Part shown: piece by piece, positions 10,646 to 19,161 of the stretch
How the letters are laid out: each line of letters starts with the position of its first letter
Numbering within the stretch: position 1 is the first letter of the stretch
Source: Nitrospirota bacterium
GTDB lineage: Bacteria > Nitrospirota > UBA9217
DNA length: 64,000 nucleotides
Assembly (NCBI GenBank): GCA_963737155.1
Contig: CAVTRN010000002.1
Coordinates: forward strand, 832,001-896,000
Reading direction: 5' to 3'
Notes under the pieces: generated by a model
What the model was told of the DNA's origin: nothing
What the model saw: only the letters and a program-made list of their open reading frames with translations
Databases searched by the model: none
Made by a program: the position numbers and the translations under genes

Positions 10646-11446
10646 CTACTGGATATTGCCGCCGCTGGTTATCGCCAATTCACCCATGGTCCCGGACAGG
10701 CCGCTGTCTTTCTCATCGCGATAGCCGTTTATCTTTTCTGCAATTGACAGCGGGTGCTCCCCGTCATTTATGGACAGAATACCTTCGATGGCACCATGCA
10801 TGAGCGCCTCGGTCTGGATGGAGCGTTCTTCTAGTTTTGCGCAGAGTGGCAGCATAAAAAGATTTGAAATGATTACCCCGTAAAACGTGGACATCATGGC
10901 CATGGCCATGAGAGGAGCCATCGAATCGATTGACTGCATATTTTTAAACATGTTTATCAGGCTGATTACGGTTCCCGCAAGACCGAGGGAAGGGGTAAGC
11001 CGTGCAATTGTCTTCAGAACATTCTGACTGAAATTAAAGTCCATAATTATCACCGCCATCTCCCTTTCCATAATGGCTCTGATTTCTTCGCGCGATTTAG
11101 TGGTTAACAAAAGATTAACGCCCAGCTTTAATAAATCGTCCTCGATAAACTTTGCATGTTTTTCCAGTCCCCGGATATCGGCTCTTCGGCTGGCTCTCGC
11201 AATCTCCAAAATATCTTTGGACAAAGCCAGCCTGTCTCTTTGGGGCCGGAATGCATCAATGATGCAGGCGAAAGTTTTTTTGAGCCTTGTGACGGGAAAA
11301 CCAAGAAAAACAGCAACAATCGTTCCGCCGAGAACGATTGCCAGCGCGTCAGGATTGAAAACCATTGACATCCCGATATTTCGGAAAACTGTAGTGGAAA
11401 ATAACGCGAGAGCAATAACAAAAATACCGGCAACAATACTGTTCAT
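10646..11446 (-). CDS. motA: Flagellar stator A subunit (MotA/MotP/PomA family)
   Basis: IVLGGT, PSLGLAGTVISLI, STFYGVIISNLFMLP, IEGILSINDGEHP; directly upstream of motB. Confidence 0.88.
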   Translation of the reverse strand: MNSIVAGIFVIALALFSTTVFRNIGMSMVFNPDALAIVLGGTIVAVFLGFPVTRLKKTFACIIDAFRPQRDRLALSKDILEIARASRRADIRGLEKHAKFIEDDLLKLGVNLLLTTKSREEIRAIMEREMAVIIMDFNFSQNVLKTIARLTPSLGLAGTVISLINMFKNMQSIDSMAPLMAMAMMSTFYGVIISNLFMLPLCAKLEERSIQTEALMHGAIEGILSINDGEHPLSIAEKINGYRDEKDSGLSGTMGELAITSGGNIQ

Positions 11447-11493
11447 ACTATCCTCCAGCGGTTTGTGCTCTATTGAATCCCTTCCAATGAATT

Positions 11494-11510
11494 AGCAACT
11501 ATGATGCCAA
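11494..11510 (-). promoter_or_regulatory. Sigma54 (-24/-12) promoter for motAB
   Basis: Minus strand TTGGCAT-CATAG-TTGCT fits TGGCAC-N5-TTGCW, about 48 bp upstream of the motA ATG. Confidence 0.75.
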
Positions 11511-11606
11511 GAGAAGCATTTCTCTGAAATCTTGATTTCTTGCTGGATGTGGTACTATTATATTAAGTCTATGAAGTATTAACGTGACGTTTTTCAGACT
11601 TTTCAT

Positions 11607-11639
11607 GAGGAATTATTTTCCGAAGAGGAAATGTTTTCC
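11607..11639. promoter_or_regulatory. Putative enhancer (UAS) pair for a sigma54 activator
   Basis: GAGGAATTATTTTCC and GAGGAAATGTTTTCC are two imperfect GGAA..TTCC dyads with 18-bp periodicity, about 100-130 bp upstream of the -24 box. Confidence 0.45.
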
Positions 11640-12105
11640 CGGTGAGGCTGGAAAATTGTAGCGGGAGAAGAAGGTTAAATGAGCAGACATTTTATATTGA
11701 TTAATATTTTGCATAATATGGCTTTATAGGGTTTATCATGAAGCTGAACCGCCTTTGAAGGAATATAATGCTGCGAGTTAATATGTATAACGTCGCCGAT
11801 GTCAGTAAGTAGATTAATTTTAAATATTTTCAACAGTATACGTTTTATTGTTGTTTGCAGGGTGCTGCTCTACTTGGCTGCATTAACGCCGACGATAAAA
11901 TAATTTTTTGACCAGCGAAGCTCTTTCTTCAGTTGATGTATCTGTTCAAGTCTGATATCATCAGTGTAGTTCAAAGAGCCTCCTGTAATTTAGTCCCCCC
12001 ATAAATTGCTTTTTTATCAGGAGATTTCTGTTTTGGATAGTTGGGAAGCAAAACATCACGCTGCGGTTTTTTGCGAATAATGGTTAAACTGCGACGAAGG
12101 ATTGT

Positions 12106-12225
12106 ATGAAACGAAGATCAGGTGCGGATCGACGAAAACTCAATAATCCAAATTACAGAGGGCCAGACCGGAGATGTGGAAAAGACAGAAGGTCTGGCAA
12201 AGATCGTCGAAAATCGAATTTCTAA
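12106..12225 (+). CDS. 39-aa Arg-rich micropeptide with YRGPDRR motif (candidate c-di-GMP-binding peptide 1)
   Basis: GAAGGA RBS then ATG; MKRRSGADRRKLNNPNYRGPDRRCGKDRRSGKDRRKSNF; colinear paralog at 14320. Confidence 0.75.
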   Translation: MKRRSGADRRKLNNPNYRGPDRRCGKDRRSGKDRRKSNF

Positions 12226-12499
12226 GAGATGTGCAAGGTGATGTGAGCGGTTACATACTGGTAATATAACTTTCCATCATAAATATGGTAATCAATGCGT
12301 GGAGGGGATATGTAGACGGTATTACTGGTCGACGAAGATCGACCTATTGAGTTATCTCTAATTTATCCTGTGCTCTGGAGGAAACAATATATTTTCAGAA
12401 GCCGATGCGCGATTGGCCTTACAAGCTCGCCAGAAAGGAATCAAAATAGAGCGGGGGAAGCGGATTCCTGAAGGATGCCCTGCTGATAGCGGAGTTGGG

Positions 12500-12718
12500 C
12501 TTCCGGAAAATCTTCGTTCTGTCCCGATTGACGCGGAGCTGACGAGGTAGGTTTTTCCCAATCTGGCAACTACTGCAAAAGAATCGATGACCGACGAAGG
12601 CGCCTTAAGCATCGCAGGAGAAAATATTCATCATATCGCCGATGATGGGTTATCGCTGCCCGACGGGGATTACATCAATTTGATCTTGCGGGATTCAGGA
12701 TCGGGATTGAAACCATGA
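12500..12718 (+). pseudogene. Histidine kinase HATPase_c remnant
   Basis: LPENLRSVPIDAELTR*VFPNLATTAKESMTDEGALSIAGEN...GDYINLILRDSGSGL resembles the N-box (QVFxNLxxNAxEAM) and G1 box (DxGxG). In-frame TAG at 12548-12550. Confidence 0.65.
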
Positions 12719-13020
12719 TGGGGAAAAGACTTTCTTCCTAAGCGACAAGAAAAACGTATACGCCTTCTTGGACAGCCATCGCCAATCAGTTAGAGCGATT
12801 TGTAAGCGAGAAGATTCATTTTCGGCTACCCCAGGTGAAGCACTGAAGGGGAATACAGGTGCTTGCCATGCTGAGTACATTCCGAATAATATTACCTTAC
12901 CAGGAACTCCAAGAAAAACCGCGCATTATTTGCGAAGAAATATTTCAATTCATTAGCACTTTTTCAAGGACTAAGGTGAATCTTAACCCGGCTCTAGAAT
13001 CCCCGGCAGCGGTAATAAAG

Positions 13021-14190
13021 ATGAAAAATAACAAAACCTTGCCGTATCTGTTTAACACATGGCATTTTATCTGGATTGCTATTTTATTCGCTGAATTGTT
13101 TACAACAGTCGCGAATGCTATCCAGAGTGTTCTTTGGTATGGGAAAATCTCATCGAGCCTGATGATTATAGGTGCAATCGACGCCTTGGTTGTATCCTCC
13201 ATCGTTGCGCCCATTACGTTCTATTTGATTCGGCATACGACCGAACTCAAAAAAATTAACGAGCAACTTCATCAGGAAATTGCTGAGCGTAAACGAGCGG
13301 AAACAGCCATGAAAAAGAGCGAAAATAAATATCGTACTATTTTCGAAAATGTCCAGGATATTTTTTATCAGACGGATATGCACGGCAACATAACTGATAT
13401 AAGCCCATCCATAACGAAGTATACAGGTTATTCACGTGAAGAGCTGATTGGCAAACCCGTGGCGAGTGTATATTTTAATCTAGAAGACAGAGATAAGATA
13501 CTGGAAATGACGCGGGAAACGGGAGAAGTCATTGATTATGAAATCGTGATCAAAGCCAAAAATGATCGTCAGGTGCAGATGTCGCTTCATGCGCATTTTC
13601 TGCATGATGTCGAAGGAAACCCTGCAGGTGTTGAGGGTGTAATGCGGGACATCACCGAACGAAAGCAGGTGGCAGCTCAACTGAAACAGCTGAATGAAAG
13701 ACTGTCCCGCCAAGCGACGACTGACCCCCTGACGCGGGTAGCCAACCGATTAAAGTTTAATGATGTGCTAAACACCGAGATTCGTCGAGCAACGCGGTTC
13801 AATACATCGCTTTCACTAGTGATGTTCGATGTTGATGATTTTAAGAAAATCAATGACAGCTATGGCCACCATGTGGGCGACAATGTCTTGCGTGAGTTGG
13901 CCGCTCTCGTTGCGCAAAATGTCAGAATCAACGATCTTTTCGCACGATGGGGTGGTGAAGAATTTATGATCATGGTGACAAATACGCCTATTGACCATGT
14001 GCGACATTATGCAGAGAAACTTCGCCTTATAATTGAAAAACATGATTTCCCCTGCGATCATCATGTGACATGCAGTTTTGGTGTGGCCCATCTCGGGATA
14101 GATGAGAATAACGACCGATTCATTCAGAAGGCGGACATTGCTCTCTATCGGGCAAAGGGACAGGGACGGAATAGAGTCGAAATAGCCTGA
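13021..14190 (+). CDS. Membrane-anchored PAS-GGDEF diguanylate cyclase
   Basis: Two N-terminal TMs, coiled coil, PAS (…RDITERK), TDPLT, FDVDDFKKINDSYGH, intact I-site RIND and GGEEF, GRNRV. Start taken at ATG 13021 (ORF track begins at 12859). Confidence 0.93.
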   Translation: MKNNKTLPYLFNTWHFIWIAILFAELFTTVANAIQSVLWYGKISSSLMIIGAIDALVVSSIVAPITFYLIRHTTELKKINEQLHQEIAERKRAETAMKKSENKYRTIFENVQDIFYQTDMHGNITDISPSITKYTGYSREELIGKPVASVYFNLEDRDKILEMTRETGEVIDYEIVIKAKNDRQVQMSLHAHFLHDVEGNPAGVEGVMRDITERKQVAAQLKQLNERLSRQATTDPLTRVANRLKFNDVLNTEIRRATRFNTSLSLVMFDVDDFKKINDSYGHHVGDNVLRELAALVAQNVRINDLFARWGGEEFMIMVTNTPIDHVRHYAEKLRLIIEKHDFPCDHHVTCSFGVAHLGIDENNDRFIQKADIALYRAKGQGRNRVEIA

Positions 14191-14319
14191 TTGATATATT
14201 TAGCGGCAATAGGGCTAAAACTGATAAACTGAATTATGGAAAACTGAGTTGAGCTTACTTTTAAACTGGTGGATCTGTCCGTGCATTGGACTTGGGAAAT
14301 AAGCTGTAGCGAGGTGTGT

Positions 14320-14445
14320 ATGCAGATGAGTCGGAGATCAGGTGAAGATCGAAGGAAACTGAGCGGCCCAAATTATCGAGGGCCGGAGCGAAGAAACGGT
14401 AAAGAGAGAAGAGCGGGCAACGATCGCCGAAAATATAAATTATGA
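14320..14445 (+). CDS. 41-aa Arg-rich micropeptide with YRGPERR motif (candidate c-di-GMP-binding peptide 2)
   Basis: GAGGT RBS then ATG; MQMSRRSGEDRRKLSGPNYRGPERRNGKERRAGNDRRKYKL; paralog of 12106-12225. Confidence 0.75.
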   Translation: MQMSRRSGEDRRKLSGPNYRGPERRNGKERRAGNDRRKYKL

Positions 14446-14499
14446 TCGTAGAAGCGTCATCTATACAAGACTAGAGAAAATAGCAATTGGAGAAACAGG

Positions 14500-15216
14500 A
14501 TGCGAGATTTGAGGAGATACCAGAGGTTCAAGGTGGACTTAACCGACCTGAGCAGCAAGATGAGCTCAATTGGCAAAGTAGAAATTATTGATATTAGCCT
14601 GGGTGGAGTAGCACTCAAGGCAGACAGGAAGCTTAATATAGGGAAAGAGTGCTTGATGACGCTCGGATACGAGGGGATGCATATTAATGTTCGGGGGATA
14701 GTAGTTCGTTCCGAATTAAGCGGGATTGAAGAACGATCTCATGGGGGGAAAGTCACTATTTACTCGGCTGGTATAGTATTTAAAGATGAATCAGCAGATA
14801 AAGTTAAGGATTTGCTCGATTCAATTGAAAATAACAAGAAAACACCGGTGCCAGAGCGGCCTGAATGGTTCTATAGCGACATTCAGTTTTCCATCACAAC
14901 GCCCAACGAAGAAGTTCTGAAGCTGCCCACACAGTTCGGCGTAAAAGATATTAGCCAGAGTGGTGTAATTATCCAAACTGATCATCAATTGAAGATAGAC
15001 AGCATGGTTCTCATGGAGTTGTCAGTTAACTCTTGTAATTCTGTAAGTTTTATGGGGAAAATTGTTGCGTGTCGCATGACTCAGGATGCGGAGCATGCAT
15101 ATTATGACATAGGGGTGGAATTCTCAGAATTAACGGATCGGGACAGGTCACTGCTTATGAGCTTTAGAGAATGTGTTAAAGAAAATGAAAATAACGGCAA
15201 AAAGCACGGAAAATAA
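14500..15216 (+). CDS. Tandem PilZ-domain protein
   Basis: N-terminal RRYQR (RxxxR) plus DISLGG; second domain has DISQSG and IGVEF but no RxxxR. Confidence 0.85.
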   Translation: MRDLRRYQRFKVDLTDLSSKMSSIGKVEIIDISLGGVALKADRKLNIGKECLMTLGYEGMHINVRGIVVRSELSGIEERSHGGKVTIYSAGIVFKDESADKVKDLLDSIENNKKTPVPERPEWFYSDIQFSITTPNEEVLKLPTQFGVKDISQSGVIIQTDHQLKIDSMVLMELSVNSCNSVSFMGKIVACRMTQDAEHAYYDIGVEFSELTDRDRSLLMSFRECVKENENNGKKHGK

Positions 15217-15542
15217 GGAATGACAATTTTAACCTGCCTCGGTTAACTTTCTTGACCAGCACATGAAGATCTTCATCACATGGAGATACTCATTTGGAAT
15301 GCTAACCATCTTACAATCCGGAAATGGATTCCTCCTCCCCCTGCTTGCTCTCACCCGTGATCACGTTGCTCGCTGGATATGATATGTACCTGGCCCATCT
15401 CTGAATGCCCCATGGCGGAATTGACTACCAGGGGACATGCGCACTTTTGGAGGTTGGCTTATGCACCGAAGAAGAACCATATTTATTGTGGTGCGTAGCG
15501 ACCTTGTTCCAGGGACAATGAAGGCTGTATCCCGCGCGGTGT

Positions 15543-16298
15543 CTATTGCCCGGTCTTGCCTGGAGAAAGCTTGTTCAGGGAGTTGTGCAGATCTTGCAAA
15601 TCAGCGATGATCGTGTCGAGATCGAATTTGTGCCAATCGAGCATGGCGGAGTGCAGGTGTAAACGGGCATCGCGCAAGGTTCTGGCTTTTTCGGATCCCT
15701 CGACAGGATGGTAAAGCTTCGTGTCTGCATCGACAAGGGTACTGCTCTGCCTCAGCAAGAGCAATACCGCCTTCGCTTTTTCGGGCACATAGGGGAAGAT
15801 GCCCATTCGCGTATTATGGCACCGCTCGCACACGGCCGTAATGGTGTCGGGTGTTAAAATATCTGTTACCATCGAGCCATGGCATGTTACACATTCGGGG
15901 CCTTTTCCCTCCGATTCAAGCATCTTGTAATGAAGGCTCTGGGTGAATTTATAGAATTCAGCTCCGTGACACTTGCCGCAGGTTGACGGGATGTTTTTGA
16001 AGTACACTGTGCTTCGGGCATCGGCCGAACCATACATGTCCGCATGGGCATCCTTCTGCCCGGGAGCGCGGGGATCGCCTCCATGGCATTTGTCGCAGGT
16101 CACTCCATGCTTTTGGTGTACCGATCCGTTCCAACTATGAGACTTTACGCCCACAAAACTGCTGCCCGGAAGCTGCGAATGGCAAGCGATGCAGGAATTC
16201 CCCGTTTCATTTTTGTCAGCACCGTATGTGGCCGCTGCAAACAGGAATGCGCCGCACGCCAAAAGGGCGCATACGAGAACCTGGTCACGTTTTGACAT
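15543..16298 (-). CDS. Periplasmic pentaheme cytochrome c
   Basis: Signal peptide; CIACH, CDKCH, CGKCH, CVTCH, CERCH; helical C-terminus. Confidence 0.9.
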   Translation of the reverse strand: MSKRDQVLVCALLACGAFLFAAATYGADKNETGNSCIACHSQLPGSSFVGVKSHSWNGSVHQKHGVTCDKCHGGDPRAPGQKDAHADMYGSADARSTVYFKNIPSTCGKCHGAEFYKFTQSLHYKMLESEGKGPECVTCHGSMVTDILTPDTITAVCERCHNTRMGIFPYVPEKAKAVLLLLRQSSTLVDADTKLYHPVEGSEKARTLRDARLHLHSAMLDWHKFDLDTIIADLQDLHNSLNKLSPGKTGQ

Positions 16299-17538
16299 TA
16301 CCGCCTCCCTTTCTGTTGTGCCAGCGCAAAACAGTGTAGCTAATACTCCACGCCGCTGCGGTTGCGAGTATAGCGAAGAGCGTCATCGCCTTCGGCGTGA
16401 TATGAAGCACGTCGATGTAGCCGGCCACGACCATCATGCAGAGGAAAATGATACCCCCGATACCCATAGAGGTCATGAAGGGCCTGTGGAGCGGATTTTC
16501 CATATAGTACTGCGGCACCTTTGCCCGGTCGAAGAAGGGGATTAATGCATACACAACGAATGTGAACGCCGGGAAAAAGACGCCGCCGATAGTCTCGGGC
16601 GTAATCTTCCCTCCCCAAATAGAGAATGACAGGTCGCCAGGCACCAGTTTCAGGAATCCATACACGACGAGGAAATACCAGTCAGGCCTCATCACGGGGG
16701 TTCCCGGCGACGGCGGTCCGTACGTTTCTATCGGATTCAACGGAATATACGTCGCCATCATCACGACTACAAACAGCAAAAACAGGAAAAATGACAGGCT
16801 GATGACGGCCTGTTCGGGCCAGATCGGGATGCCGATGAGCCTCCTCCCGCCCTGCGCCTCTTTGCGATCCCTGTTAGACCGGGGCTCCGTGTGTTTTTGC
16901 TTGACTAAAATGAGCAGGTGCAGGCCAATGAGGCCGACCAGTATTGTTGGAATCAGCATGACATGCATGAAGAAGAAACGGGGGACGGTCCCGTCTGAAG
17001 GGAAGTCACCTGCAAAGAGGAGCCTGGACATCCATTCCCCGACCCAGGGCACCGACTTTGCCATATAATAGGCAATGGATGTAGCGGTAACCGAGAACTG
17101 ACTGTAGGGGAGCAAGTAACCGGTAAATGCCGCAATCATGGAAGTGCCCCATAAACCGAGCCCCACGAGCCAGTTAATTTCCCGGGGCTTCCTATATGAC
17201 GCAGTGAAGTATATCCGCAGGAGATGGGCAAGGATGGCGGCGATCATGATCATTGCTGACCAATGATGAATGCGTCTTATAATCAGGCCCATGGGGAGCA
17301 GGTCAATTCTTACCACACTCGCATAAGCTGCTGGAACCATCGCACCGAAGAGGGATACCATCGCAGTCGAAGGCTCATAGAGAAATCCGAGGAAGATGCC
17401 AGTTGTGACAAGTGTAATGAAGGAGAACAACGCCGTTTCTCCGAGGAGGAAGATGGGGTGGGTCGGGAATGTCTTGCTCAGGAACTTCTCCTTGAACTTT
17501 CTGAGCTCCAATCTTTCATCGAGCCATTTGAAGACCAT
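16285..17538 (-). CDS. Cytochrome b of a Rieske/cytb complex (unsplit)
   Basis: WLDERL, IRRIHHWSA...HLLRIY, KPREINW, FTGYLLP, RFFFMH...LHL, Qo motif PDWY. Confidence 0.95.
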   Translation of the reverse strand: MVFKWLDERLELRKFKEKFLSKTFPTHPIFLLGETALFSFITLVTTGIFLGFLYEPSTAMVSLFGAMVPAAYASVVRIDLLPMGLIIRRIHHWSAMIMIAAILAHLLRIYFTASYRKPREINWLVGLGLWGTSMIAAFTGYLLPYSQFSVTATSIAYYMAKSVPWVGEWMSRLLFAGDFPSDGTVPRFFFMHVMLIPTILVGLIGLHLLILVKQKHTEPRSNRDRKEAQGGRRLIGIPIWPEQAVISLSFFLFLLFVVVMMATYIPLNPIETYGPPSPGTPVMRPDWYFLVVYGFLKLVPGDLSFSIWGGKITPETIGGVFFPAFTFVVYALIPFFDRAKVPQYYMENPLHRPFMTSMGIGGIIFLCMMVVAGYIDVLHITPKAMTLFAILATAAAWSISYTVLRWHNRKGGGNVKT

Positions 17539-17556
17539 AGCCGTGTCCTCGCTTCC

Positions 17557-18171
17557 CTATACCTGCGGCCCGATCGGACCGTTGAAATCACTCGTAAAGG
17601 CAAGCGTTCCACCCTGCATTAACTTCACTCCGATTTGTGCGAGAGGGACCGGCGCCGGCCCGCCCATGACTTTTGCCCCCTGCGCAGGATTGAATATGCT
17701 GCCATGACAGGGGCATTCCGTGTATGATGCAAGGGGTGATTCCTTGTTTGCCATCCAGGAGACGGTACAGCCGAGATGAGTGCAGATAGCGCTATAGGCT
17801 ACGAACCCCTGGTCTGTCAGCGCAATGTCGGTGGGCGGCTTGAATTCCTTCGCTTCCAGTTTGATCAACTGGACAAGGTTTGCGGGGTTCGATGACTTGC
17901 CCGTGGGATAGGCGAGGACGGCATCGCCTGTCTGCATCGATGAAGCCATGATAGTTGTCCCGGCATTGTCTCCCTGTGCATACACGAGTTCGTCACCGGG
18001 CTTTATGGTCGCTGTATAGCCGCCTCCCGTCTTTTCGGGAGCAAGCTCTTTGAGCAAGGCAACAAGAGACACAAAGGCGCCAGCGACGGACACAATGAGC
18101 ATCCCAAGGGTGAACCTTCGCCGGGTGATGCCTTCCTTATTGACCTCGCTATCCGCGTTCCCGTCTACCAT
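17557..18171 (-). CDS. Rieske [2Fe-2S] protein
   Basis: Tat-like TRRRF plus TM; CTHLGC and CPCHGSIF boxes; GGPAPVPL. Confidence 0.95.
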   Translation of the reverse strand: MVDGNADSEVNKEGITRRRFTLGMLIVSVAGAFVSLVALLKELAPEKTGGGYTATIKPGDELVYAQGDNAGTTIMASSMQTGDAVLAYPTGKSSNPANLVQLIKLEAKEFKPPTDIALTDQGFVAYSAICTHLGCTVSWMANKESPLASYTECPCHGSIFNPAQGAKVMGGPAPVPLAQIGVKLMQGGTLAFTSDFNGPIGPQV

Positions 18172-18428
18172 AGCAGCTCCTCCTCGCGGTCCTCCGACAC
18201 CTCCCTGAAGGGAACGAAATAGCGTGCAAAAAGAATTATCTCAATGCCAGCGATCAGCAGCTCGAAGGCCAGCAGTGAGCCCCAAAGATAGTCATTTCCC
18301 TGGCCGGATACGAGGAGATAGGCGAATGCGGCGCCCGCACCGAGAAGCAAGATTGACAGGACCAGGACCACGATCATGGCGGCAACTGGATAGGCAGGCC
18401 TCTTCTCCCGTAAGATCTCAAATCTCAT
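18165..18428 (-). CDS. Small two-TM protein, FbcX-like accessory subunit
   Basis: 87 aa, two hydrophobic helices; translationally coupled between the cytochrome c and Rieske genes. Confidence 0.7.
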   Translation of the reverse strand: MRFEILREKRPAYPVAAMIVVLVLSILLLGAGAAFAYLLVSGQGNDYLWGSLLAFELLIAGIEIILFARYFVPFREVSEDREEELLW

Positions 18429-18429
18429 G

Positions 18430-19161
18430 TCATCCCCTCCGTTCCAATACGACGTAAACGATATAGCCCATCACAAACAGGACCAGCACCGCGCCAAATG
18501 CGATGAATCCTATCTGGAAGGCATCGAGCTCCTCAGGAAACTCGGGTATGAACGGTGGTTTTTTACCGACAGTTTTCGCCTGAGCGATCTTGATCCGTAT
18601 GCCTGACAGCGCCTTCACCGTTGATGCAGTCACATCCATCGGGTCGATCTGATCGAACCCCGCCGTATCCTTGTGGCAGCTTTCACAGACCTTTGGTACC
18701 TCTGGCATGGCATTGCGGTGTGCATGGTGGCAAGTAACGCAGGAGGGCCCGCCTTTATTTTCAAGAAAGGCTGTGCCCATGATGCTCTTAGAGTACCGGT
18801 CGACGGACGCATTATGGCATCGGCTGCACAGGTCAAACAGTTTCCTGCCCGTCGGCTTGCCGATAAAGCCATGCGGTATCGACATTGCCTGTGACATTTT
18901 ATCCGCAAATGCCTGTCCGGCAATATTTTTGATGTTCTGCACATCGACATTCGGATCTCCCCCGTGACAGAGATCACAGGTTATGCCATTCTGCTGATGG
19001 ATCGAGCCTTTCCATTCCTTTACGGGTTTGCCAAGCTCAGCGTCCATAAACTCGTGGCACAGCACGCACGCCGATGGCTTCAGCTCAGCGCGTACGCTCG
19101 TTCCGAACAGTACGAGAGCCACTGCCCAGCACAGCGCAAATGCTCGTCTTGTTATCTCCAT
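18430..19161 (-). CDS. Membrane-anchored pentaheme cytochrome c
   Basis: Signal peptide; CVLCH, CDLCH, CSRCH, CVTCH, CESCH; C-terminal TM anchor. Confidence 0.9.
   Translation of the reverse strand: MEITRRAFALCWAVALVLFGTSVRAELKPSACVLCHEFMDAELGKPVKEWKGSIHQQNGITCDLCHGGDPNVDVQNIKNIAGQAFADKMSQAMSIPHGFIGKPTGRKLFDLCSRCHNASVDRYSKSIMGTAFLENKGGPSCVTCHHAHRNAMPEVPKVCESCHKDTAGFDQIDPMDVTASTVKALSGIRIKIAQAKTVGKKPPFIPEFPEELDAFQIGFIAFGAVLVLFVMGYIVYVVLERRG

Noticed and set aside
12548-12550. In-frame TAG as pyrrolysine read-through
   Set aside because: Surrounding kinase sequence is degenerate and truncated, and no pyl genes are in the window; a nonsense mutation is simpler.
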